Source: a virus
Taxonomy: Duplodnaviria > Heunggongvirae > Uroviricota > Caudoviricetes
Direction: 5' to 3' (one strand)
IMG/VR virus record: IMGVR_UViG_2526164690_000014
Length of the DNA: 10,106 bases
Of the stretch, positions 1 to 6,309 are shown piece by piece; the stretch's first letter is position 1; every line of letters starts with the position of its first letter. The notes beneath the pieces were generated by a model. The model ran no database searches. It worked only from the letters and a program-made list of their open reading frames with translations, and had not been told where the DNA came from. Position numbers and translations under genes: made by a program.

Positions 1-8
1 CGCGTCAA

Positions 9-191
9 TCACCTTGTTTTCCTCGCACGATGTCTTAGCCACCGGATATCCCACAGGTGAGCCGTGTAATTGAAGGTTTTTACGTCAGATTCTTTTGGGA
101 TTGGCTTGCGTTTATTTCTGGAGCGTTTCGTTGGAAGGTATTTGCAGTTTTCGCAGATGATGTCGGTGATACTTCGTCGCTGTCGCCTCAT
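9..191 (-). CDS. ninE: NinE-like protein (60 aa)
   Basis: Minus-strand ORF, internal Met of the 9..281 track ORF; translation [60 protein letters not shown] matches lambda NinE as I recall it. GAGGG Shine-Dalgarno upstream; ATGA overlap with the stop of the upstream methyltransferase frame. A GTG at 12..10 followed by ATT GAC looks like the start of ninF running off the window edge. Confidence 0.8.
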   Translation of the reverse strand: MRRQRRSITDIICENCKYLPTKRSRNKRKPIPKESDVKTFNYTAHLWDIRWLRHRARKTR

Positions 192-716
192 GCCGCCCTC
201 CTGACGCCCTGCCCGATCGCCATCAATGCCGCTTTGGATACAGTAGTAAACATTCGTCGAGGACTGATGAACGGTCGCCAAATCAGCAGCATGGAGCCTT
301 TGCTGTTTCCCTTCTTCTCCAGCCCTGTCGATGGTTCGATAAAATTAATCCGTCCATCAGTGATGATGCGAACTTCGTCAACACTCTCCAGAGCCTTGCT
401 GAACCATCCGACTGACATAATCCTCTGGCACAAGCATCACTACCGTCTGTCGCTGTTGTATGCACTGCTCAGCGGCTTTTTCCACCACGGCCTGATATTG
501 CTGTACGGTTGGGTTATTCCAGATTGCACCGTGGCTTACCCACTCAGAATTGAGCGCGTCGTCGGCCTCAGTTAGCCAGTGAGCGCACAGAGCATTTTTG
601 TCGCTCGCTGCTGAATCCAGCCAGAATCCAAACTCAATATCCAGCGCATCAAAAAGCCAAAGCGGCGTTTGCCAGCAGTCCTTGTCGTGTGCTGGTGTAT
701 TTGATTTGATAGTCAT
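188..716 (-). pseudogene. Phage DNA N6-adenine methyltransferase (Dam-like), interrupted by a +1 frameshift near 417-420
   Basis: N-terminal half (716 down to about 420, MTIKSNTPAHDKDCWQTPLWLFDALDIEFGFWLDSAASDKNALCAHWL...VVMLVPED) and C-terminal half (about 415 down to 188, ...[49 protein letters not shown]...) lie in different minus-strand frames but read as one protein of the prophage methyltransferase family. One extra base in the plus-strand run gacATAAtcc separates them. Confidence 0.6.
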
Positions 717-1164
717 GCAGCCCTACCTTTTCGTTGTGACCATTCATACTCTCGCCGGGAGTCATCACTCCACCGCACGTTGCGCTCTGAGCCGAACCAA
801 AACATGATTTCGATAAGCTCAGTCATGCTGGCCTTTCGCATTTTGCTGGTACGCACGCCAAGCATGACAACGCCACCATCGATACCAGGCACACTTCGTT
901 GCTCCAGTTTTTTGGTCTTAAGCCACAGGGCAGTGAACAGGTCTTTCCAGTCCTCCGGCGCAAGTCTCTGTCCATGCCAAAGCACCTGACGTGATACGTC
1001 CTGCAATAACGCCAACATAAGGCGGTTTTGAGGATTGCTCCGCTTTGGTCTTTAATGTGGACTTCGTGAGGTGACTTGTCGTCGATCGGAAGTGAGAGTA
1101 TTGCGTCTATGGCGTTGTTTCTGATTGCTTCGTTGCGAAGCATGTATATTTGCTTCATTGTCAC
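713..1164 (-). pseudogene. ninB: NinB-like (Orf family recombination mediator), interrupted by a -1 frameshift near 1050-1057
   Basis: N-terminal part MTMKQIYMLRNEAIRNNAIDAILSLPIDDKSPHEVHIK (frame of 1164) aligns with lambda NinB residues 1-37. C-terminal part ...RSNPQNRLMLALLQDVSRQVLWHGQRL...VRWSDDSRREYEWSQRKGRAA (frame of 1018) aligns with the rest of NinB. The join is in the A/T run at plus-strand tctttaat. Confidence 0.6.
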
Positions 1165-1165
1165 C

Positions 1166-1372
1166 TCAACTCACAAAACGCCACGCCATTTTTGCTACAG
1201 CGACAGGCGCAACACCGATAATCACCCACAGGAAAATGCTACCGAAAAGCACACCAACCAGGTCTTTACCTTCGCCTACCAGCCGGACAAAACTGCTGGC
1301 AACCACAATGAACGTCGCCACCATCCACATAGCACCGAGAATCCTCAATGCAGAAAAAATCAACTCAACCAC
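1166..1372 (-). CDS. Small hydrophobic protein (68 aa, two predicted transmembrane helices), function unknown
   Basis: ORF starts with GTG 7 nt after a GGGGGAGAG Shine-Dalgarno, immediately downstream of the tR2-like terminator, where lambda has the ninB start. Translation MVELIFSALRILGAMWMVATFIVVASSFVRLVGEGKDLVGVLFGSIFLWVIIGVAPVAVAKMAWRFVS has two hydrophobic stretches; I do not recognise a homolog. Confidence 0.45.
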   Translation of the reverse strand: MVELIFSALRILGAMWMVATFIVVASSFVRLVGEGKDLVGVLFGSIFLWVIIGVAPVAVAKMAWRFVS

Positions 1373-1389
1373 GATTTACTCTCCCCCAA

Positions 1390-1419
1390 ATAAAAAGGCC
1401 TGCGATTACCAGCAGGCCT
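1390..1419 (-). terminator. tR2-like rho-independent terminator downstream of ren
   Basis: On the minus strand an 8-bp stem AGGCCTGC/GCAGGCCT with an 8-nt loop is followed by TTTTTATTT; this matches the position and sequence of lambda tR2 as I recall it. Confidence 0.65.
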
Positions 1420-1444
1420 GTTATTAGCTCAGTGATGTAGATGG

Positions 1445-1735
1445 TCATCTTTTAACTCCATATACCGCCAATACCCGTTTCATCGCGGCACTCTGGCGAC
1501 ACTCCTTAAAAATTAGGTTCGTGCTCATCTTTCCTTCCCGTTCTTCCTTGGTAGCAAACCGGTAATACACCGTTCGCCAGACCTTACCTTCGATAACCAG
1601 AAGACCTGCCCGTGCCATTTTAGCCGCGGCCTGATTTATGCTGGTTACTGTTGCGCCTGTTAGCGCGGCAACGTCCGGCGCACAGAAGCTATTATGCGTC
1701 CCCAGGTAATGAATAATTGCCTCTTTGCCCGTCAT
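1445..1735 (-). CDS. ren: Ren protein (96 aa)
   Basis: Translation MTGKEAIIHYLGTHNSFCAPDVAALTGATVTSINQAAAKMARAGLLVIEGKVWRTVYYRF... is near-identical to lambda Ren as recalled; ATGA overlap with the P stop. Confidence 0.9.
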   Translation of the reverse strand: MTGKEAIIHYLGTHNSFCAPDVAALTGATVTSINQAAAKMARAGLLVIEGKVWRTVYYRFATKEEREGKMSTNLIFKECRQSAAMKRVLAVYGVKR

Positions 1736-2433
1736 ACACTTGCTCCTTTCAGTCCGAACTTAGCTTTGAGTTCTGCGATCTTCGCCAGAGCCTGTGCACG
1801 ATTTAGAGGTCTACCGCCCATGACAGGAAGTTGTTTTACTGGTTCAGGGATCGCCTCACCACGGTTAATTCTCGCAGTCATATGGACAAGCTCATCTGCG
1901 GCCTTACGGCGTAATTCCGCATCAGTAAGCGCATTGGCCCGCATGTTCTGATACAGGTTGGTAACCAGCCAGTAGTGCGCGTTTGATTTCCACGGATAAG
2001 ACTCCGCATCCGGATACAGGCCTCGCTTCCTGCAATACTCGTAAACCATATCAACCAGCTCGCTGACGTTTGGCAGTCCGGCGATAACGGATGCTTCTTC
2101 CCGGCACCATGCAACAAACTGCCCGGGTGATGGCAGGAATGGTCGATTCTGCCGACGGGCTACGCGCATTCCTGCGTTAACCTGTTCCATTGTGGTGATC
2201 CCGTTTTCCCGGAAAGCCAGAACCCACTGGCGGCGGATTTCGTTCAGTTCGTTCTGGTCACGGTTAGCCAGGCTCGCCGGGAAAGTTGCCAGTAACTGGC
2301 TGAACACACCGTTGATGATCTGCGCTACCTGTTGTACCTGCGGCTTTTCGTCGTACTGTTCCGGCATGTTGTTGGCGATCCGACGCATCTGCTCACGGTC
2401 AAAGTTAACCATCTGTGCGGCGATGTTTTTCAT
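1732..2433 (-). CDS. P: Replication protein P (DnaB helicase loader, 233 aa)
   Basis: Full-length 233-aa ORF MKNIAAQMVNFDREQMRRIANNMPEQYDEKPQVQQVAQIINGVF... is near-identical to lambda P as recalled; its start overlaps the O stop. Confidence 0.95.
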   Translation of the reverse strand: MKNIAAQMVNFDREQMRRIANNMPEQYDEKPQVQQVAQIINGVFSQLLATFPASLANRDQNELNEIRRQWVLAFRENGITTMEQVNAGMRVARRQNRPFLPSPGQFVAWCREEASVIAGLPNVSELVDMVYEYCRKRGLYPDAESYPWKSNAHYWLVTNLYQNMRANALTDAELRRKAADELVHMTARINRGEAIPEPVKQLPVMGGRPLNRAQALAKIAELKAKFGLKGASV

Positions 2434-2854
2434 AAATCCACCCCGTAAATCCAGTCAGTGTTTGTCAGGTCGAGTTTTGGTTTGCTGGCTGTCACGCCTG
2501 CCTGTTGCTTGTTACGGTTGATTTCGAGCTGGGTCCACTTGTCGCGGAGTTTGGCCGGACTCAGCACGTTACCGGACCAGAAGTTGTCCTGGCAGGCCCA
2601 GCGGAAAAGCACACACATATCGCGGTGGTTACGTCCGTCACGTTCACGCATCAGGCGGATATCGTTAGCCCACCCTGCAAAATTCGGTTTTCTGGCTGAT
2701 GGTGCGATGGTCTTCACCATGTCAAACATCCACTCTGCGGCGGTCAGGTCTTCTGCTGTTCCCCACTTGCTGCCGCTCTGAATTGCAGCATCCGGTTTAA
2801 CCACAGAAAGATCGTTTTCTGGCTGGTCAGAGGATTCGCCAGAATTCTCGGACG

Positions 2855-2953
2855 AATAATCTTTTCTTTTTCTTTTGTTATAGTGTCTTTTGTGTCCCCC
2901 TGTTTTGAGGGATCTCCCTCATTTTTAGGGGAACCTCCCTCGTTTTGAGGGAT
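2855..2953. repeat. Lambda-type replication origin inside O: three iteron-like repeats plus an AT-rich region
   Basis: Minus-strand reading gives CATCCCTCAAAACGAGGGAGG, TTCCCCTAAAAATGAGGGAG and ATCCCTCAAAACAGGGGGACAC (about 2953-2896), followed by the A-rich tract ACAAAAGAAAAAGAAAAGATTATTCG. Lambda ori has four such iterons; here I count three. Confidence 0.7.
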
Positions 2954-3030
2954 GCACCATTCTGAGATGTTTTTATTTGGTCCTAAACATGCCGCCTTGC
3001 TGCTTGATAATATTCATTCTGACGAGTTCT

Positions 3031-3039
3031 AACTTGGCT
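3031..3039. repeat. 9-bp target site duplication (AACTTGGCT), left copy
   Basis: Identical 9-mer AACTTGGCT immediately flanks both IS10 termini (3031-3039 and 4369-4377). Confidence 0.9.
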
Positions 3040-3085
3040 CTGATGAATCCCCTAATGATTTTGGTAAAAATCATTAAGTTAAGGT

Positions 3086-3154
3086 GGATACACATCTTGT
3101 CATATGATCAAATGGTTTCGCGAAAAATCAATAATCAGACAACAAGATGTGCGA
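3086..3154 (-). ncRNA. IS10 RNA-OUT antisense RNA (approximate ends)
   Basis: Placed from established IS10 biology (pOUT transcript antisense to the transposase 5' end). In the sequence, CACATCTTGT (3091-3100) and ACAAGATGTG (3142-3151) form the expected inverted repeat spanning the transposase start codon region. Confidence 0.45.
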
Positions 3155-4355
3155 ACTCGATATTTTACACGACTCTCTTTACCAATTCTGCCCCGAATTA
3201 CACTTAAAACGACTCAACAGCTTAACGTTGGCTTGCCACGCATTACTTGACTGTAAAACTCTCACTCTTACCGAACTTGGCCGTAACCTGCCAACCAAAG
3301 CGAGAACAAAACATAACATCAAACGAATCGACCGATTGTTAGGTAATCGTCACCTCCACAAAGAGCGACTCGCTGTATACCGTTGGCATGCTAGCTTTAT
3401 CTGTTCGGGCAATACGATGCCCATTGTACTTGTTGACTGGTCTGATATTCGTGAGCAAAAACGACTTATGGTATTGCGAGCTTCAGTCGCACTACACGGT
3501 CGTTCTGTTACTCTTTATGAGAAAGCGTTCCCGCTTTCAGAGCAATGTTCAAAGAAAGCTCATGACCAATTTCTAGCCGACCTTGCGAGCATTCTACCGA
3601 GTAACACCACACCGCTCATTGTCAGTGATGCTGGCTTTAAAGTGCCATGGTATAAATCCGTTGAGAAGCTGGGTTGGTACTGGTTAAGTCGAGTAAGAGG
3701 AAAAGTACAATATGCAGACCTAGGAGCGGAAAACTGGAAACCTATCAGCAACTTACATGATATGTCATCTAGTCACTCAAAGACTTTAGGCTATAAGAGG
3801 CTGACTAAAAGCAATCCAATCTCATGCCAAATTCTATTGTATAAATCTCGCTCTAAAGGCCGAAAAAATCAGCGCTCGACACGGACTCATTGTCACCACC
3901 CGTCACCTAAAATCTACTCAGCGTCGGCAAAGGAGCCATGGGTTCTAGCAACTAACTTACCTGTTGAAATTCGAACACCCAAACAACTTGTTAATATCTA
4001 TTCGAAGCGAATGCAGATTGAAGAAACCTTCCGAGACTTGAAAAGTCCTGCCTACGGACTAGGCCTACGCCATAGCCGAACGAGCAGCTCAGAGCGTTTT
4101 GATATCATGCTGCTAATCGCCCTGATGCTTCAACTAACATGTTGGCTTGCGGGCGTTCATGCTCAGAAACAAGGTTGGGACAAGCACTTCCAGGCCAACA
4201 CAGTCAGAAATCGAAACGTACTCTCAACAGTTCGCTTAGGCATGGAAGTTTTGCGGCATTCTGGCTACACAATAACAAGGGAAGACTTACTCGTGGCTGC
4301 AACCCTACTAGCTCAAAATTTATTCACACATGGTTACGCTTTGGGGAAATTATGA
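3147..4355 (+). CDS. tnp: IS10 transposase (402 aa)
   Basis: ORF MCELDILHDSLYQFCPELHLKRLNSLTLACHALLDCKTLTLTELGRNLPTKARTKHNIKRIDRLLGNRHLHKERLAVYRWHASF... matches the Tn10/IS10 transposase as recalled, inside the IS10 inverted repeats. Confidence 0.95.
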   Translation: MCELDILHDSLYQFCPELHLKRLNSLTLACHALLDCKTLTLTELGRNLPTKARTKHNIKRIDRLLGNRHLHKERLAVYRWHASFICSGNTMPIVLVDWSDIREQKRLMVLRASVALHGRSVTLYEKAFPLSEQCSKKAHDQFLADLASILPSNTTPLIVSDAGFKVPWYKSVEKLGWYWLSRVRGKVQYADLGAENWKPISNLHDMSSSHSKTLGYKRLTKSNPISCQILLYKSRSKGRKNQRSTRTHCHHPSPKIYSASAKEPWVLATNLPVEIRTPKQLVNIYSKRMQIEETFRDLKSPAYGLGLRHSRTSSSERFDIMLLIALMLQLTCWLAGVHAQKQGWDKHFQANTVRNRNVLSTVRLGMEVLRHSGYTITREDLLVAATLLAQNLFTHGYALGKL

Positions 4356-4368
4356 GGGGATCTCTCAG

Positions 4369-4377
4369 AACTTGGCT
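4369..4377. repeat. 9-bp target site duplication (AACTTGGCT), right copy
   Basis: Same 9-mer as 3031-3039, directly abutting the IS10 inside end. Confidence 0.9.
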
Positions 4378-4640
4378 TCATTGCACCGTTTGACAGGTAA
4401 CTTTGTAATCTCGCTAAGTTGAGAATCGGTGATTCTGTCCATTGGTTTATTCCACCCATAGGTTTTACGCAGAATGGCAAGCAGCACTTTAAACTGTCGC
4501 TTGGTCAGATCTGCGCCTGAATAAGCCTCAATCAGCATATTTGATAGTCTGGCGTAACCATCATCGAGATCTGCCACATTACGCTCCTGTTCGGCAAAGT
4601 TACCTCTGCCGAAGTTGAGTATTTTTGCTGTATTTGTCAT
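4369..4640 (-). pseudogene. O: Replication initiator O, 5' portion (N-terminal 90 codons), truncated by IS10
   Basis: MTNTAKILNFGRGNFAEQERNVADLDDGYARLSNMLIEAYSGADLTKRQFKVLLAILRKTYGWNKPMDRITDSQLSEITKLPVKRCNEAK matches the lambda O N-terminus; AGGAG Shine-Dalgarno upstream. The last codon and stop of the track ORF (4365..4640) are IS10 terminal bases, not native O sequence. Confidence 0.85.
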
Positions 4641-4649
4641 AATGACTCC

Positions 4650-4727
4650 TGTGGATTGATCCAGTAATTCCCTCAGAATTGCATATCAATTTGCTTAGAG
4701 TCCCCGGCGGCCACCGGGGATTTTTTC
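4650..4727 (+). ncRNA. oop: oop-like antisense RNA (antisense to the 3' end of the cII-like gene), with pO-like promoter and intrinsic terminator
   Basis: Plus-strand -35 TTGAGT (4615-4620), 17-bp spacer, -10 CATAAT (4638-4643, overlapping the O start codon on the other strand). A hairpin TCCCCGG-cggcca-CCGGGGA (4701-4720) followed by TTTTTTC ends the transcript. Arrangement matches lambda oop as recalled. Confidence 0.55.
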
Positions 4728-4969
4728 TTTGTGATTTCATCAAGCGCATACTTAAAAGCCCTGCTAATCGGACTGATGTCTGATGCCATTCCGAAAGCAC
4801 ACAAGACCGAAGCAATAAATCTCCAGTCCGTTCTGCTTATCTTCGATTCATGACAGCCAATCATCTTTGCCAGACCGCGCTGGGTAAGCGTTGACAGGTT
4901 GATGAGTAAATCTGTTTCTGCGCGATCAATTTCTCGCTGTGTTAGCTTGCTGTAACTTGCTTGTGCCAT
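4673..4969 (-). CDS. cII: CII-family transcriptional activator (P22 C1-like, 98 aa)
   Basis: ORF MAQASYSKLTQREIDRAETDLLINLSTLTQRGLAKMIGCHESKISRTDWRFIASVLCAFGMASDISPISRAFKYALDEITKKKSPVAAGDSKQIDMQF, located between cro and O as cII is in lambdoid phages. The match to P22 C1 is from memory. Confidence 0.75.
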   Translation of the reverse strand: MAQASYSKLTQREIDRAETDLLINLSTLTQRGLAKMIGCHESKISRTDWRFIASVLCAFGMASDISPISRAFKYALDEITKKKSPVAAGDSKQIDMQF

Positions 4970-5030
4970 TTGTTAATTTTCCTATATTGATATATAGCGG
5001 CACACCCAGTGGATTTGCCGCTGATGTTTG

Positions 5031-5072
5031 CTCACCCGGTTAGAGGTGAAAGGCCAGAACTGTTAAAGAGCA
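5031..5072 (-). promoter_or_regulatory. nutR-like site (boxA plus boxB hairpin)
   Basis: Minus-strand boxA-like TGCTCTTTAACA (plus 5061-5072) followed by a hairpin TCACC-tctaaccg-GGTGA (plus 5031-5049). The same boxA core GCTCTTTAACA and a CTAACC loop occur at nutL (6160-6199). Confidence 0.55.
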
Positions 5073-5078
5073 ATTTAC

Positions 5079-5264
5079 TTATGCCGCTTGGCGGTAAGCA
5101 CTTTCTTGATACTTCAGGGCGCCAGCTGTAACGATTTCCAATCGATAGGCGTCTTTCTCTGGGATAACTTCTTTCCACTGAGAGACTGCTGCATCGCTAA
5201 TGCCTAGTGCTTTAGCAACAGCACGCTGGGTTCCGAAGTGGTCAATAACATCTTTTTTGTACAT
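5079..5264 (-). CDS. cro: Cro repressor (P22/phage 21 type, 61 aa)
   Basis: MYKKDVIDHFGTQRAVAKALGISDAAVSQWKEVIPEKDAYRLEIVTAGALKYQESAYRQAA matches P22 Cro as recalled; GGAG Shine-Dalgarno; divergent from the repressor gene. Confidence 0.9.
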   Translation of the reverse strand: MYKKDVIDHFGTQRAVAKALGISDAAVSQWKEVIPEKDAYRLEIVTAGALKYQESAYRQAA

Positions 5265-5278
5265 AGACTCGCTCCGAA

Positions 5279-5344
5279 ATTAAAGAACACTTAAATTATC
5301 CACCAAAGGAATCTTAAGTCAAGTTTATTTAAGATGTCTTAACT
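5279..5344. promoter_or_regulatory. OR operator cluster with divergent PR/PRM promoters
   Basis: 18-bp sites with 7-4-7 architecture: ATTAAAG-AACA-CTTAAAT (5279-5296) and ATTTAAG-ATGT-CTTAACT (5327-5344), consistent with the P22-type half-site ATTTAAG. A third site between them is likely but I could not place it cleanly. Confidence 0.6.
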
Positions 5345-5995
5345 ATGAATACACAACTGATGGGTGAGCGTATTCGCGCTCGCAGAAAAGAACTCAAGAT
5401 TAGGCAGGCTGCCCTTGGCAAGATGGTTGGCGTGTCTAATGTTGCTATTTCCCAATGGGAGCGATCTGAAACTGAGCCCAATGGCGAAAACCTATTGGCC
5501 TTAGCCAAGGCTTTGCAGTGCTCCCCTGATTACCTGTTGAAAGGAGAGGATAGTCTTTCAAACATTGCCTATCACAGCAGGCATGATCCAAGAGGTTCGT
5601 ATCCTCTAATTAGTTGGGTAAGCGCAGGATGTTGGATGGAAGCTGTAGAGCCATATCATAGGCGTGCAATAGATAACTGGTACGACACAACGGTAGATTG
5701 TTCTGAAGACTCTTTTTGGCTCGACGTTAAAGGTGATTCAATGACTGCCCCGGCAGGACTGAGTATTCCTGAAGGGATGATTATTCTCGTCGACCCAGAA
5801 GTCGAACCACGTAATGGAAAGCTGGTAGTCGCCAAACTTGAAGGAGAAAACGAGGCGACATTCAAAAAGTTAGTTATTGATGCCGGTAGAAAATTCCTGA
5901 AACCACTCAATCCACAATACCCAATGATTGAAATCAATGGGAACTGTAAAATCATTGGCGTTGTCGTTGATGCCAAGCTAGCAAACCTTCCTTAA
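5345..5995 (+). CDS. c2: Prophage repressor, P22 C2 / phage 21 cI type (216 aa)
   Basis: MNTQLMGERIRARRKELKIRQAALGKMVGVSNVAISQWERSETEPNGENLLALAKALQCSPDYLLKG... with a helix-turn-helix N-domain and LexA-like C-domain (…GDSMTAPAGLSIPEGMIILVD…KLEGENEATFKKL…). Near-identical to P22 C2 as recalled. No Shine-Dalgarno, as expected for a PRM transcript. Confidence 0.9.
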   Translation: MNTQLMGERIRARRKELKIRQAALGKMVGVSNVAISQWERSETEPNGENLLALAKALQCSPDYLLKGEDSLSNIAYHSRHDPRGSYPLISWVSAGCWMEAVEPYHRRAIDNWYDTTVDCSEDSFWLDVKGDSMTAPAGLSIPEGMIILVDPEVEPRNGKLVVAKLEGENEATFKKLVIDAGRKFLKPLNPQYPMIEINGNCKIIGVVVDAKLANLP

Positions 5996-6017
5996 GGGGC
6001 TTTCGCCCCTTTTTTAT
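5995..6017 (+). terminator. Rho-independent terminator after the repressor gene
   Basis: Stem AGGGGC/GCCCCT with loop TTTC followed by TTTTTTATTT, directly after the repressor stop codon. Confidence 0.7.
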
Positions 6018-6029
6018 TTCCCGTTAAAA

Positions 6030-6113
6030 ATCAAAGACAAACTAAATTCGCGCCCATAAAATTAAGTTTTCTTCAAAAATGCACTTGACCAAAAAATTAA
6101 GAGGTCTTAATTT
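6030..6113 (+). promoter_or_regulatory. pL promoter with OL operators
   Basis: -35 TTGACC (6085-6090), 17-bp spacer, -10 TAATTT (6108-6113). Operator-like 7-4-7 site AATTAAG-AGGT-CTTAATT (6095-6112) overlaps the promoter; weaker sites at about 6060-6077 and 6030-6047. Confidence 0.6.
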
Positions 6114-6159
6114 TAAGCCGTCAGCAGGAGGCTGGAAGCCAAACGGAACAGATTGGCAG

Positions 6160-6199
6160 GCTCTTTAACATCGACGAACTCTCAACCTAACCGTTGAGA
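6160..6199 (+). promoter_or_regulatory. nutL-like site (boxA plus boxB hairpin)
   Basis: boxA-like GCTCTTTAACA (6160-6170) followed by a 7-bp stem hairpin TCTCAAC-ctaacc-GTTGAGA (6180-6199), between pL and N. Confidence 0.6.
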
Positions 6200-6309
6200 C
6201 CAGAACTTGAGTGGTTTTGGGGATGGCGCGAATTGCAGCTGCAAGACAGCGATCGAGAAGATAAGCACCTCGACGCGTCATGCGCCAAAGCCACTTAAAG
6301 GAGACCATC

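Larger units (their letters stand above)
2430..3039 (-). pseudogene. O: Replication initiator O, 3' portion (contains the origin); two internal frameshifts and separated from its 5' end by IS10
   Basis: C-terminal frame reads ...KDYSSENSGESSDQPENDLSVVKPDAAIQSGSKWGTAEDL...NTDWIYGVDL (lambda O C-terminus). The middle segment GPNKNISEWCIPQNEG...SKQGDTKDTITKEK is in another frame, and the segment upstream of it ...AKLELVRMNIIKQQGGMF is in the same frame as the C-terminus but ends at a TAA (plus 2973-2975); further in-frame stops at plus 2925-2927 and 2919-2921 precede the C-terminal segment. Implied indels are an extra base near 2984 and a missing A in the A-run at 2864-2875. Confidence 0.7.
3040..4368 (+). 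mobile_element. Insertion sequence IS10 (Tn10-type, IS4 family), complete 1329-bp copy
   Basis: Outside end CTGATGAATCCCCTAATGATTTTGGTAAAAATCATTAAG at 3040 and inside end ...GGGGATCTCTCAG at 4368 are imperfect terminal inverted repeats; length is 1329 bp; encodes a 402-aa transposase; flanked by a 9-bp direct repeat. Sequence matches IS10 as I recall it. Confidence 0.95.

Noticed and set aside
57-575. 172-aa plus-strand ORF
   Set aside because: Antisense to the methyltransferase and ninE coding region; no ribosome-binding site and no recognisable protein, so treated as a spurious overlapping frame.
1076-1427. Plus-strand ORFs of 105 and 100 aa
   Set aside because: Antisense to ninB, the small membrane protein and tR2; low-complexity translations; no supporting signals.
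1694-2781. Several plus-strand ORFs (85, 109, 107, 64 aa) and minus-strand 1878..2117
   Set aside because: All overlap the well-supported ren, P and O frames in antisense or alternative frames.
2977-3207. 76-aa plus-strand ORF spanning the IS10 outside end
   Set aside because: Crosses the IS10 terminus and pIN/RNA-OUT region in a frame different from the transposase; an artefact of the insertion junction.
3388-3751. Short ORFs inside IS10 (plus 3388..3576, minus 3560..3751)
   Set aside because: Nested within the transposase gene in other frames or antisense; not known IS10 products.
4365-4368. Last codon and stop of the track ORF 4365..4640
   Set aside because: These bases belong to the IS10 terminus, so the apparent 91-aa ORF end is created by the insertion, not a native O C-terminus.
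4139-4393. 84-aa plus-strand ORF crossing the IS10 inside end
   Set aside because: Alternative frame of the transposase 3' end that reads through the junction; no start signals.
4600-4815. 71-aa minus-strand ORF
   Set aside because: Overlaps the cII-like gene and the oop-like RNA region in another frame; no ribosome-binding site.
4997-5022. Hairpin AGCGGCA...TGCCGCT between nutR and the cII-like gene as a tR1 terminator
   Set aside because: 7-bp stem with a 12-nt loop and no T-run on either strand; lambda tR1 is rho-dependent, so it cannot be called from sequence alone.
5656-5976. 106-aa minus-strand ORF
   Set aside because: Antisense to the repressor gene; serine/threonine-rich low-complexity translation.
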